A stretch of 64,000 bases of DNA from Eledone cirrhosa (Eukaryota), in assembly GCA_964016885.1 (NCBI GenBank), contig OZ024760.1, positions 15,066,001 through 15,130,000 on the forward strand. The letters run 5' to 3'. The position numbers and the translations under genes are program-made. The notes beneath the pieces were generated by a model, which was not told the DNA's origin, ran no database searches, and saw only the letters and a list, made by a program, of their open reading frames with translations. Shown here piece by piece: positions 1-13,074 of the stretch; within the stretch, counting starts at the first letter, position 1, and every line of letters starts with the position of its first letter.

Positions 1-86
1 GATATAGTGTACTTTTCGATGACCGCGATATCGAGCTTAAATTCTCTTGTCAATAAGGTAAATCACACACACATACATACACACAC

Positions 87-118
<32 letters not shown>

Positions 119-315
119 ACATACATACATACATATATATGTATACTCACACATGGATTCTAGTTATTTTCTCTTGAAAATATTAACATATCAATGTTGC
201 CCCACCCCTCAGTCGGCTCTTTCAATGATTTATATATAAAAATATATACGAAAAAAAAAAATTCGTCAATACTATTACCACCAATAATAACATACATCAA
301 AGCCTTTTCTCTCCC

Positions 316-370
<55 letters not shown>

Positions 371-506
371 CAAAGATTAATACGGTTCATTGATTACTCA
401 ATGAATATAGTTTTACAATAGATTAAAAGCACTCTACAAAGAAGTTTTCTGGAGTTATTAATATTATTCAAAATATTAATAAATGAAGACATTCACATAA
501 TTAAAA

Positions 507-577
507 TATGTTTTATTATATATATTTCGGAGGTACTGTGCTGTTTTGTCAGTACGTCCTCGTCAGATAAGATACAT
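507..577 (-). ncRNA. Type I hammerhead ribozyme (family A, left arm)
   Basis: Reverse complement reads ucuuau-CUGACGA-GGAcGUACUG..CAGUACcUCC-GAAA-uauauaUA|auaaaa. Confidence 0.75.
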
Positions 578-678
578 GAATTGATGTATGACATACCTCA
601 ACTGTCTTGATGGTTTAATTTGACTGCCAAGACTGGAATTGAACCATCAAGACAGTTGAGGTATGTCATACATCAATA

Positions 679-750
679 TATGTATTTTATCTGACGAGGA
701 CGTACTGAAAAAACAGCACAGTACCTCCGAAATATATATAATAAAACATA
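679..750 (+). ncRNA. Type I hammerhead ribozyme (family A, right arm)
   Basis: Stem I UUUUAU/AUAAAA; core CUGACGA 691-697; stem II GGAcGUACUG/CAGUACcUCC 698-728; GAAA 729-732; minimal palindromic stem III; AUA cleavage triplet ending at 740. Confidence 0.85.
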
Positions 751-790
751 TATTTTAATTATGTGAATGTCTTCATTTATTAATATTTTG

Positions 791-824
<34 letters not shown>

Positions 825-826
<2 letters not shown>

Positions 827-1017
827 CGAAGGGAATGTAGCAAGGAACCAGGTGGACCATAACGCACCAAAGTACTCAATACTTAGGGTAGTAGAGTGGG
901 TAATAGGAAAAAGTATGACCCCGACGGCTGAGCTCAAGCCGTTTCGACGGCTAATTCAGTCCAGAATTAGCCGTCGAAACGGCTTGAGCTCAGCCGTCGG
1001 GGTTCTACTCGCTCCTA
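825..1017. mobile_element. Foldback element (family B) carrying the 3' half of a hammerhead in each arm
   Basis: Perfect 40-bp arms 918-957/964-1003. GAAACGGCU-ugagcuc-AGCCGUC gives GAAA + stem III + GUC site. Flanked by (TA)n; a second single-arm copy is at 34322-34379. Confidence 0.7.
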
Positions 1018-1021
1018 TATA

Positions 1022-1057
<36 letters not shown>

Positions 1058-1086
1058 GCGAAGCCTGTATATCTTCTTTTTCTCAC

Positions 1087-1242
<156 letters not shown>

Positions 1243-1417
1243 AAGTGCTTGTGTCTGACTATGTGTGAATTTCTGGCGATCGCTTCTCATATTTTCCTTT
1301 CCATACTGTATATATTTTCTCTTCTTTTCTCTCACTATCTGTTTGGATATTTCGAACCAATTCACCCCATATTTACCATAGCTATCGCCTGGAACCACTG
1401 TCTGAACAGCCAGACAT

Positions 1418-1769
1418 GTCTGCGCATATCATATATATATGTGTGTGTGTGTGTGTGTGTATGTATATATATATATAGTCATATATGTGAGTATGTATGT
1501 ATGTGTATATATATATATATATGTGTGTGTATGTATGTATGTGTATATATATATATATGTATGTATGTGTATATATATATATATATGTATGTATGTGTAT
1601 ATATATATATATATGTATGTATGTGTATATATATATATATATGTATGTATGTGTATATATATATATATGTATGTATGTGTATATATATATATATGTATGT
1701 ATGTGTATATATATATATATATGTGTGTATGTATATATATATATATATAATCATGTATGTGTATATATA

Positions 1770-1823
<54 letters not shown>

Positions 1824-1841
1824 CATGTATGTGTATATATA

Positions 1842-1877
<36 letters not shown>

Positions 1878-1893
1878 CATGTATATGTATATA

Positions 1894-1957
<64 letters not shown>

Positions 1958-2061
1958 CATGTATATGTGTATGCATATATATATATAATCATGGGTGTTT
2001 GCGATTGTATATGTATATATATATATTTACGATTGTATATATATATATATATATATATATA
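1418..2061. repeat. Compound (TA)n/(TG)n/(TATG)n microsatellite; similar blocks at 14790-15405, 47030-47470, 52380-52800 and many others
   Basis: Direct low-complexity sequence; source of the YI/VC/HT ORFs in the track. Confidence 0.98.
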
Positions 2062-2145
2062 ACTAATTGAGTCTAGTAACACCATTATTCAAGTAGTACT
2101 CCATACTCTGTAGAAAATAGTGTATGTATATATATATATATATAT

Positions 2146-2176
<31 letters not shown>

Positions 2177-2277
2177 TATATATACGTGTGTGTGTGTATT
2201 TATGATCTTGTTAAGACTACCAGTAATTTTCAAGGGTAGAATAAGAGGGGTGTGCACGCTGCTGTCGTATATGTATG

Positions 2278-2323
<46 letters not shown>

Positions 2324-2483
2324 ACACTACTCCCTTTCATAGTGTGGAGTAGAGGGGGATCGAGGTAATTATAAAGGAACATTCGAGTTCACTTCCGACT
2401 TGACTGTGTCGCGTCGGCCACTTGTTTTGTGTATGTCAACCTATAGCTAGTCATTGTGTGTGCTTGTGAGTGTATACACACAT

Positions 2484-2517
<34 letters not shown>

Positions 2518-2951
2518 GACGATTTTTTCTTGTGTGTGTATATATATATACTTGTGTATGTATGCTTACGTATATATATATATATATGCATATATATATA
2601 TACACACACACGCAGATGTATGTATATGCATATATATATATATAAACACATGCAGATGTATATATATATATACATACACATGCATGCTCTGTGACACATA
2701 TTTACGTTGATGTAGAATGATCTACACGTAAAAAGGAATGTATATATATATATATATATATAAATGCAATGATATTAATTAGTAAATGAAGCGAGAGAGA
2801 AGGCTTTCGTCTTCTAAAAGAAAACAAGACCCCTAATACACAAACGTAAATCCCTAATTGATGCTTAAAATCTTTCTACTTAATAGGTTTGCTACTTTAT
2901 ACACTCACTTCCTTTATATATACATATACATATCACACACTCAAATATATT

Positions 2952-3032
<81 letters not shown>

Positions 3033-3260
3033 CACATGCACACAGATATATTGTATACACATGCACACATTATATACATGTGCACACAAGTGTGTATATA
3101 TATATATATATATCCGCATATACACACGCACTAATATACTTCCTGTCTGCCTATATAATTTCGTCACATCTGGTCAAGAGCAATGAAAAGAACGACCACC
3201 GACCGACTAAACCATTTTTATAATCTGTGTGTGTATATATACATATAAATATATATATAT

Positions 3261-3424
3261 ATGGCTTCTACAGGATTGGAACTGTTTCATTCGAAGGAAA
3301 TCATCAGGAAAACCCCGATGATTTCCTTCGAATTGAACAGTTCTAGTCCTGTAGAAGCCATTTCTATGTTAAATCTTGTATTGAGTACTTCACTTACTGT
3401 GGTTACCCTCGATTGAAATCCGGA
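3261..3424. mobile_element. Foldback element (family C) with hammerhead-like motif; other copies 4840-4953, 25040-25172, 36470-36616, tails at 17305-17345 and 31860-31930
   Basis: Arms 3261-3307/3315-3361. Minus strand reads gguuuuc-CUGAUGA-uUUC cuuc GAAu-GAAA-CAG..CUG-UA|gaagcc (stem I, core, stem II, stem III, GUA site). Confidence 0.7.
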
Positions 3425-3853
3425 CACACACATATATATATAAACAAGGATTCAAAAGGATTATGATGTACTACAATGTTGTGGTGATCATGCATTTCCT
3501 ACCACACCTTACTCTAATAATAGCTATAATAATAATTGTGTTCTTTTTATTTGATTGGTGACAGGCAACGTTCTGTTGGGGCAAACATAGTATGTGAAAA
3601 TTTGGTTTTGTTTGGGAAGTAGTGGCGATCATTCATTGGTTTCCTTCTCTGTAGTGTATATTAACTGGTTTTGTATGTTTGTTTGTTTAAATTATATTGA
3701 AAGGGAAGTGAGATAGTGGTTTTAAACCGGCCTTTGAAAGTGGGTCGCTTCACACGACCGTTGAAATGTGAACTTAATATCACAATTGTTGTGTGTGTAT
3801 ATACATATATATTTTAATGTATGCATGTATATATATATATATATATACACACA

Positions 3854-3936
3854 CAGGGTGTCCCCAAAAATGTACACACACTTTGATTACCTGTACAGGC
3901 AATATTAGAATGGTGTCTACATTTTGGGGGAAACCC

Positions 3937-3938
<2 letters not shown>
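3854..3938. mobile_element. Tc1/mariner-type MITE; related copy at about 61476-61574
   Basis: TIR CAGGGTGTCCCCAAAA(A)TGTA / TACATTTTGGGGGAAACCCT; internal 'cacactttgatt..gtacaggcaatat' shared by both copies. Confidence 0.7.
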
Positions 3939-3967
<29 letters not shown>

Positions 3968-4002
3968 AATAAAGGATTTAGTGTTTAGATCGACATCAAG
4001 TG

Positions 4003-4060
<58 letters not shown>

Positions 4061-4490
4061 CATCCTGTTTCGAGTATATATAATTGAAACTCCACTATTT
4101 ACGGGTTCGATTCTTCACTAAACAACTAACAACAAAACAAACAAACATGCACAGTACTTGTTAGTGTTGTTAATGATGGGGGGGGGGGGGGGCTGGCATT
4201 AGAGAGAACCTGGACGGGTCCAGACTGGTCGGAATGAACCTATTTGAAAAAAAAATTAAAATACCAGGTGCACTGTTGTTTTTACGTGCTGACCAGGTGG
4301 TTAGTTCGTTGTCGTTTCCTTAAATCTTGGTATCATCAGGTGAGTCGATCCAACAAGTACTAGTAATATACATGGATTTTTTAAAACGTCTTTGTCAGAA
4401 AATCAAGGCTCTTAGATTTAGGTGTGCTTAGTATCTGTCTAACCATCTACCTACCAGTCTATAATACCTAAATCTCTCTCTCTCCCCCTC

Positions 4491-4558
<68 letters not shown>

Positions 4559-4569
4559 CACACACACAC

Positions 4570-4810
4570 TGAAGTAAAAATTAAGTAGAAATATCCAAGA
4601 GTAAGAGCACTCAGTCCATAGAACCATTTAGTATAAATAATTACAACAGTGACATAAACAGGTGCTCAAGTTTCATTCGGTTTTGGACCCCCAACTCATT
4701 CAGCCATCTTTGTTTTTATTTTTCTCATGGCAGGCTGAATGAGTTGGGGCCCAGAACCCAAATCCAACGAAACTTGAGTGCCTGTTTATGTCACTGTTGT
4801 AATTATTTAT
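4570..4810. mobile_element. Foldback element (family E) with a variant hammerhead (CUGAAUGA core)
   Basis: Arms 4633-4705/4733-4810. Plus strand reads cagg-CUGAAUGA-GUUGG..CCAAC-GAAA-Cuuga-GU(g)-ccug. Confidence 0.6.
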
Positions 4811-5172
4811 TTATTTATATATATATAACGTGTGTGTAAGTGACGTGTTCAATCGGAGGTAACCGCAGTTAGTAAAGTACTGAATACATTAGTAGAGTGT
4901 AAACATCAAGTTTGATATAGAAATTATTTCTACAGGACTAGAACTGTTACATTAATCTCGTAATGTGGGTAGTTAGTTTTGAGAGTTTGTGGACATCGGT
5001 GATCAGCCCAGTTGTATATTTAATAGGCCGGACTATAAATCGCCTTTCATAAGTATCTTGTGGGGGTGGAATGATTGAACTTCACAACTTCTTCGCCTCT
5101 GTTAATTGTGAATGCTTATCTTCAATGTCTTTACAAAGAAAACCATACACCGTTTATATATAAATATATATA

Positions 5173-5388
5173 TCATCATCACCATTTAACGTCTATTTTC
5201 CACGTTAGCATGGGTTAGACGAGTTGTCCTGTTGTGGGTCAAGTCAGATCAGATGACCGTGTGTTGCTCATACAGAACTGTTTCTGGTTTGGTTTCTACG
5301 GCTGGATGCCCTTCCTAACGCCGACAACGTTTACAGTGTGGATTGGGTGGTGCTTTTTATCGTGACACCAAAACGACCACTTTACATA
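5173..5388 (-). mobile_element. SINE 3' part with RTE-like tail ((CAT)n end); similar copies 6198-6368, 10765-11215, 13676-13900, 19350-19555(+), 20500-20692(+), 35395-35590, 41225-41425(+), 42069-42245(+), 43789-43972
   Basis: Recurring 'catcatcgtttaacgtccattttccacgctagcatgggttagac...gctggatgcccttcctaacaccaacc' block. Confidence 0.85.
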
Positions 5389-5392
5389 CAAT

Positions 5393-5433
<41 letters not shown>

Positions 5434-7213
5434 CTAAACACACACACATATAAAGCAGCTTGTTGCTGTGGTACCTGTTCTAGTTATAACGACTGTCGTT
5501 AAAGCCAGTTTTCAAATAACATTCCGGTTTACGACAAGCAGATAAAGTGGGTGTGATGGCGGTTGGGGTGGGGGTTAGTAGTCAGTCTATAGCAGTTTTT
5601 GAAGCTTATTTATCTTTATGGTGATGATGATGATAATAAAAATAATAATAATTAAGCTTTTTATATACATATATATATATCCTATACTCTTTATGTTTGC
5701 TTGCTTACATATGTGTGTTTGTGTGTGAACATATATATCCTTCAACAAAATACAATTTTCGTTGTTTATCCACAGGTCAGTTCTAAGCAGACTGATCTAA
5801 ATGATCCAACCGTGACCATCACATTTATAGATTCCTCCATCTCCGCCACGCACATATAGTCCTTTCTAAAACAAACATTGTTCAATGTGTCCTTGTTTTT
5901 TGTTGTATTTTTTTCTTTTTATTAAAATTCCAGTGGCTGCTATTTCTAGCAAGTGTAGAGACCACCTAGAAGCTCTCTGTCTCCTCGGTTCTTAATTAAA
6001 CACCTTTATTTGATAGGTAAGTAATCCTTTGTTTTAATCTCAGACAACTTCCGGTAACTTCTGTCAATGAAAATGACATTTTCGTTATGAGGTAACAAAG
6101 CCAGGTGGAAGTTCTAAATTATATTTGTGCGTGTGTGTATATATATGTATGAATATATACGTATGTGTGTGTATATATACTGTATATATATATATATATC
6201 ATCATCACCGTTTTACGTCCGTTCTTCCACGTTAGCATGGGTTGTCCTGTTGTGGGCAGTGTCCAGTCGACTGACCTTGTCTTGCTCATACAGGAACTTA
6301 TTCTGGCTCGATTTCTACAGCTGGATGCCCTTCCTAACACCAACCTCATTTACAGTGTGGGTGCTTTTATATATATATATATATACACATACACATACAT
6401 AAGATTTCATCTTCACTCCCGGAAATTACTGGAAGTTGTCTGATTTTAAAACGAAGAATTACCCCTTTGTTAATATTTCTAAATAAATTGTCTACTCCTT
6501 CCTTACCATATTTCTAATGAAATACTCAACATTTCAATTAATTAAGCATTTTGAGGGATTTACTAAAGATATTTCCTTAACCCTTTAGTATTTACATTAC
6601 TTTGTTTCAGGTTACTCCAGTTTACTCAGCTGTAGAAATGAGATCATAGGGGCTGGGGTCCCTATCATTCCACTGCAAAGTGGTCATGTAGGTACCACGG
6701 CAAAAAAGCACCCAGCACTCACTGTAAATGAGGTTGGTGTTAGGAAGGGCATCCAGCTGTAGAAATCAAGCCAGAGTCAGTTCCCGTCCCACCCTTGCAA
6801 GCAGGGAAAAGTGGACGTAAAATGAAATGATGATGATGATGATATATATATGGGTGACAATGGATATTATTTCAAAAATACATTTTCTTAATCAAACTGA
6901 TGTACTAATCCATTTATAAAACTTTTCTAATAATGATAGTGATGATGATGATGATGATACTGAACACAGTCAGTTGTTCTACTGCATCTCCTCTACTTCA
7001 CACTATAATAATAATAATGGTTATGGTGGTGGTGATGATGATGATACTGAACACAGTCAGTTGTTCTACTGCATCTCCTCTACTTCACACTATAATAATG
7101 GTAATGGTTATGGTGGTGATGATGATGATGATGATACTGAAGGTAAACATAATAGAAATTCTTGATATTTTAAGGTGCAAGAATGTTGACAGTAAGCTGT
7201 TTATTTGTAAGAC

Positions 7214-7259
<46 letters not shown>

Positions 7260-10200
7260 GAGAGACACATATATATATATATATGTGTGTGTGTGTCTGT
7301 ATATATATATATATATATCAACTTACAAATATATATGTGTGTGTGTGTATGTATATACACATATATATATATATATTTATACATATACATATGTGTATAC
7401 AAACGCACAGACAAATACATGTGTGTGTGTGTATATATGTACACATATACATGCATATATACATACATATGTAAATACACGTATATGCATACATATACAA
7501 ACACATACATATATATATATATACATGCATATATGTGTATACAAACACACAAATACATGTGTAAAATAACCCCCCCCCCCTCTCTCCCACATTCTTTCTC
7601 TTCCCTATCTTTTCATTAATCCCCTCCCCCCATTTTCTATATATCATAACATTCTCCCTCCTCCATTCCACCCTCCCCCTTTATAACCTAACATGCTCCC
7701 TCTCCAATCCACCCCCTTCTATATAATGTAACATCCTCCCCCTCCATTCGACCCCCTTTTATATATCGTAACAGCCATCCCCAGACCATCTCACACCCAC
7801 ACCACCATCCCCAGACCTTCTCACACCCACGCCATCATTTAGATGTACTGTTGTAAGTGGATCCTTAAAATTTATTTGGTTATGTTAGTGTTGGTGATAG
7901 TGATGGTAGTATTGGTGGTGGTGGTGGTGTTAGGGCTGGTGTAGTGTTGTGGTGGTGATGTTAGAGCTGGGGTAGTGTTATGGTAGTACAATTGGTGGTG
8001 ATAGTGATGGTAGTATTGGTGGTGGCGGTGGTGTTAGGGCTGGGGTTATGATGGTGGTAGTGGTGGTGTTAGGGCTTGGGTAGTGTTGTGGTGGTGGTGA
8101 TAGTGATGGGGTAGTGTGGTGGTGGTGGTGATGATATTAGTGATGGTGGTGATAATATTAGTGGTGGTGGTGATGATATTAGTGCTTGGGTTGTGTTGTG
8201 GTGGTGGTAGTGATGTTGTTAGTGCTTGGGTTGTGGTGGTGATGTTAGGGCTCTGGTAGTCTTATGATGATGGTGGTAGTGGTGTTGTAAGGGCTTGGGC
8301 TGTGTGGTTGTTGCGATGGTGGTGCTAGTAGGTTTAGTTTGTGAGTAAAAGTATTGAGTTGGTTTATTCACACATATGTTTAGACGTGTACATTATGTAT
8401 ATATTATATATATTTACATTATATATGTATGTACATATACATTATATATATATATATATATATATTTACATTATATATGTGTCACATATGGATGTGGTGC
8501 TGTGATAGAAGAAACCAAAACATGTACAGAGTTGTTTCTTTACCTGATAGGACATTGACACCTTCCTTTAGAGATGTAGTACAGCTGCACTCTCAGCTCC
8601 TATTTGCAAGGAATATATATATATATATATACACTAGGCAAATTACCTGCACCTTGCTGCGTTTCATACATTTTTTTTTGTAAGAAAATGATGATTGATT
8701 TTAAATCAGTGATATAATTTATGGAGAAAAACTCTGCATTTCAATGTTACTCAATGTAAAATGTAATGCATGAAAAATTGGAAAACATTTTTTTTAATAT
8801 ATCAAATCAAAATTACATTATTAAATCTTATTCTTATTTTGTTTCTTATAAATATTTTTTTAAAAAATCAATTCAAAACTTTTGTGAATAGGCATCATAT
8901 CTTGTCATTTACCTATGATTAAAATGAAATATACTTATCCAAGTACCCTGGGCAATGTAGTTTCAGAATATCTCGTATATATATACACACGCACACACAT
9001 ACACACACACACACATCTGTTGATATATATAGTGAAGTTACACATGAGAAAAAAAAAACCCTTCATCCACTGTACTGTATATTAGAGTATGAGATCTCTA
9101 TTGTACTGTATCTATCTCTGAATATATATGCATGAGTGTGTCTATATATATACATATGAGTGTGTATGTATATGGGTGTGTATGTATATACATGAGTGTG
9201 TGTGTATATGTATATGAGTGTGCATGTGTGTATATATATATATATGTGTGACTATATATATATATGAGTGTATGAGTATGTTTATATATGAGTGTGTATA
9301 TGTATATATATATGTTTGTGTGTGTATGCATATTTATATATATAAAACATATGTCTTTGTCATCTACCACACCCTGGGTAATGCAATTTTGTTCATAAGT
9401 GTGGTATTCTGTAATATTGAGTCTGGGTTGCAAGGCAGCTTCAACAAACACCCGAAAAGATGCGACATGCGTGACAACACAGCATATGTACATTTATATA
9501 GTAAAGATGATGACGATATTTGACCTCAAATCACTGAGATTCACAGAGATGATGACAAAGGATCTCGACGTGTGGAGAGATGCAGTACTTAGGACCTGAC
9601 CAACCCATGCAGGTGTGAAAAAGCAGACCTAAAAACGATGATAATGATGATTCCTGGATGATGGTGCAGGCAAGATTCTAAAGACCCAGTTTTCAGTGAC
9701 ATAACAACAACATTGGTGCTAATGAAAATGTACATGTGTTGATGTGTTTATATATGACATCATTGCAATTAGATTATTCTAATTTAATTGAAGTGTGTTA
9801 ATTGTTATTGCTGCTGTTCTGAGTTATTGTTTCACATCAAGGTATGTAGTGTGTTCTACTTCTACACAGCATCATATGTGTGTAGTCTGTGTTCTACTTC
9901 TACACAGCATCATCTTCATCATCATAGGTATGTATTGAACTGGCTTCCTATCCAGGTGAGGAGTCTCGTGCTATGGAAGCTGGGATAAACTGCCCGGTGA
10001 GCCTCCATGCTCAAGACAGACTTTAACCCTTGGCATTCAAACCGGCCATATCCAGCCAGAATTCTCTCACCTCTTTCTGTTCAAACCAACTGTAACCGGC
10101 TGCTCATACTCATGTTAAGGTATTGTTCTCAAAATAAATATCAAAATCTCATAGATTCGATATTATGTAAGATAATCATGTAAGGTAAAGCCTTTATTAT

Positions 10201-12219
10201 GAGAATATAATAGTAAATATAGAGACATGTATATAGTACATGCGAAAGGGTTAAAGATGTAAAATGTAGGCCCCCAAAGCTGGCAATAGGTTCAGGTCAG
10301 ATGTGAAATGTTGGCTGCCAAAGCAGGTAATAGGTCTACCTGCCTCTTTACCTTTAGTCTGAGCTGAGTATGGATCATTAAAGCACTCAAGAAGCCTCCT
10401 TGTAGAAAGCCAGCTAAAATAGGTAAGCTGTTAGAACAATACACGTGTGTGTGTATATGATAGGACTGGGGTTCTTCACATTAACCCTTTGCCATTTAAA
10501 CTGCCATTACTACCACAGATGCCCGACAAGCCATTGATTACAGAGTTGGGCTAGATTGATACAGATCGATCCTTGAGCTGATCAATAGTGAAACGTGTGT
10601 CACCAACCAATAAACGTAATGGAGTAACCATTCGTCCTTGTTTTATTATACTACTCTGTCCAGCTCTACACCTCGATACTGACGTGAACCTAAACATCGA
10701 GTGCTCACCCGGGTGAACCTACAGTAACTCCGCATAACACACCCTGTATATATACATATATATTATCATCATTACCATCACCATTTTACGTCCATTCTTC
10801 CATGCTAGCATGGGTCCGACCGGTTGTCCTGTTGTGTGCTATGTCAGGTGACCATGCCATGCTCATACGGAACTGATTTGGCTTGATTTCTACAGCTGGA
10901 TGCCCTTCCTAACACCAACCACATTTACAGTATGGACTGGGAGCCTTTTTATATATATATATAAACATCATTGTTTTTCACATTTTCCACACTAACATGG
11001 GTTAGAGAGATTGTCCCATTAGAGTCAAGTTGGGTGAGGTGACCGTGTCTGGTTCATAACGGACTGTTTCTGGCTAGATTTCTATGGCTGGATACCCTTC
11101 GTAACACCAACCACATTTACAGTGTGTGCTGGGTGCTTTTTGTTGTGACACTTACATGACGACTTTACTGTGTGGGCTGGGTGTTTATTGTCGTGTCACC
11201 TACAACAACCACTTTACACTATATATATACACACACACACACAAACACCCATACATATATATTTAGAGACAGACTCGGTACAATGGATAGATATGTTATG
11301 TCTCAATATATAATACAGTGGAATATTTTCATTGTTGGTTTGCTTATGTACACAATGGCCTTGTTAAATGTAGCACCCCCCTCCCCCTTTATTTTACATC
11401 CTTGCTCCTATCAATGCCTGGCCAAGGACATCAAGCACCCTAGTGTTATCATGTGATGGTGCCACAAGTAAAAGCAGTCTGTCCACCCTGTAAGGTAGTA
11501 GAGATAGTACCTTGACAAATAGCACTCTGTAAGATGGTAGTGCTGGTGTCCTAACAAAAAGCACACTGTCCACTCTCTAAGGTGGTAAAGTTGCTGCCAT
11601 GACAAAAAGCACCCTGTCCACTTTCTAAGCTGGTAAAGTTGCTGCCATGACAAAAAGCACCCTGGGTGGACCCTGTAAAATGGTTGAGGTGGTGTCATGA
11701 CAAAAACGCACCCAGTGCACCCTGTGAGGTAGTAGTGCTGCAGTCTCGATACAATGCTCCCAGTACACACTGTAAAGTAGTTGACAATACGAAAGGCATA
11801 TAGCCATAAAAACCAGATCCAGAACAGATTACATGAGCAAGGTGTGGTTACCTCATCAGTCAAGCTTTAGTACATGACACCTCGTCTAAGCAAGCCCGTG
11901 AAATTAGCATTAAATAAGAATAATGATATATATATGTATATATTTATGTATCATCATCGTTTAATGTCTATTTTCCACACTAGCATGGGTTAGAAGGGTT
12001 TGTCCGATTCAGAGGCAAGTTAGGTCAGGTGACCGTGTCTCCCTCATATAGGTCTGTTTCTAGCTGGTTTTCTACGACTGGGTGCTTTTTGTTGTGATAC
12101 CAACTTAACTTTACAGAGTAAGAGTGGGGTGGGGGTGTATGTTGGATTAAAAGGTGTCTACTGTATATATGTTTAAGTCTGATGCATGTATATATATATG
12201 TGTGTGTATATGTATATAT

Positions 12220-12540
12220 GAAGAAGAGATATTTAATTTGTTGGAAATCCAACAAATATAGATGTTTATAACTGATTCAGAGCACTCGACAGATTTCTGG
12301 AGTAAGTGTTCAATGATATTAAATAAATGGAAACTATATTTATAAAACCATATTTCAAGGGTACCAAAAATTTTGGTAGTCTATCATCAGGTATATTATC
12401 CTTGGTCATGTCAAATATTTATAAAACATTTTGTATTTTATCTGATGATAGCATACCAACATTTTTGGTACCCTTGAAATATATATAATAGAATAAATAT
12501 TGTTTTATAAATATAGTTTCCATTTATTTAATATCATTGT
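12220..12540. mobile_element. Asymmetric foldback element (family A2) with hammerhead at 12434-12495(+) and a partial inverted copy at about 12350-12392(-)
   Basis: Arms share 'aatgatattaaataaatggaaactatatttataaaac'. Core CUGAUGA 12442-12448, GAAA 12476-12479. The outer end matches 41757-41815. Confidence 0.75.
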
Positions 12541-13074
12541 ATGTATATATATATATATATATGTGTGTATTTGTATTTATATATATATATTCTCCTCTCA
12601 TGATCTCTTTACACACAAATACTTAATTTCTTTTTTGTTCTATTTAAACCATTAATAAAAGTGTGTATGGCACCTTACACAATATGTTTATGCATAATAA
12701 ACATATTGTGTAGTCTTGCTTTAATCATATCACAACTACCACCGTACTAGTGTAGGAGTACTTTATATATGTATTTCAGGATTCTTATTCATCTTTAGCA
12801 GACACTTACTTACACGGAGGTAGAAATTAACTCTGAGGGATTCAGCATGACATATTATGTGAGAAGACAGGCCCTTTGAATTACAAGTATTGTCCATCCA
12901 ACAGACTTCCAAGCAGTTTACATCTCCCCAGTTTCACACACACAACATTAGTCAACCCAAGGCTATGGTAAATGACATTTGCCCAAGATGACATAAACTG
13001 GGATTGAACCAGAAACCTAATGATTGCCAAGTGAATCTCTTAACCATTTCTTCTTCTTCTTCTTCTTCTTCACC

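Larger units (their letters stand above)
367..798. mobile_element. Foldback element (family A) between (TA)n tracts, hammerhead in each arm; Penelope-like pLTR/retrozyme-like
   Basis: Arms 461-620 and 637-798 are near-perfect reverse complements with a 16-nt loop. The left arm has an extra tail (367-460). (TA)n lies on both sides. Confidence 0.8.

Noticed and set aside
1249-1988. Long YI/VC/HT-rich ORFs (also 14603-15480, 52130-52749 and others)
   Set aside because: Translations of dinucleotide and tetranucleotide microsatellites, open in many frames.
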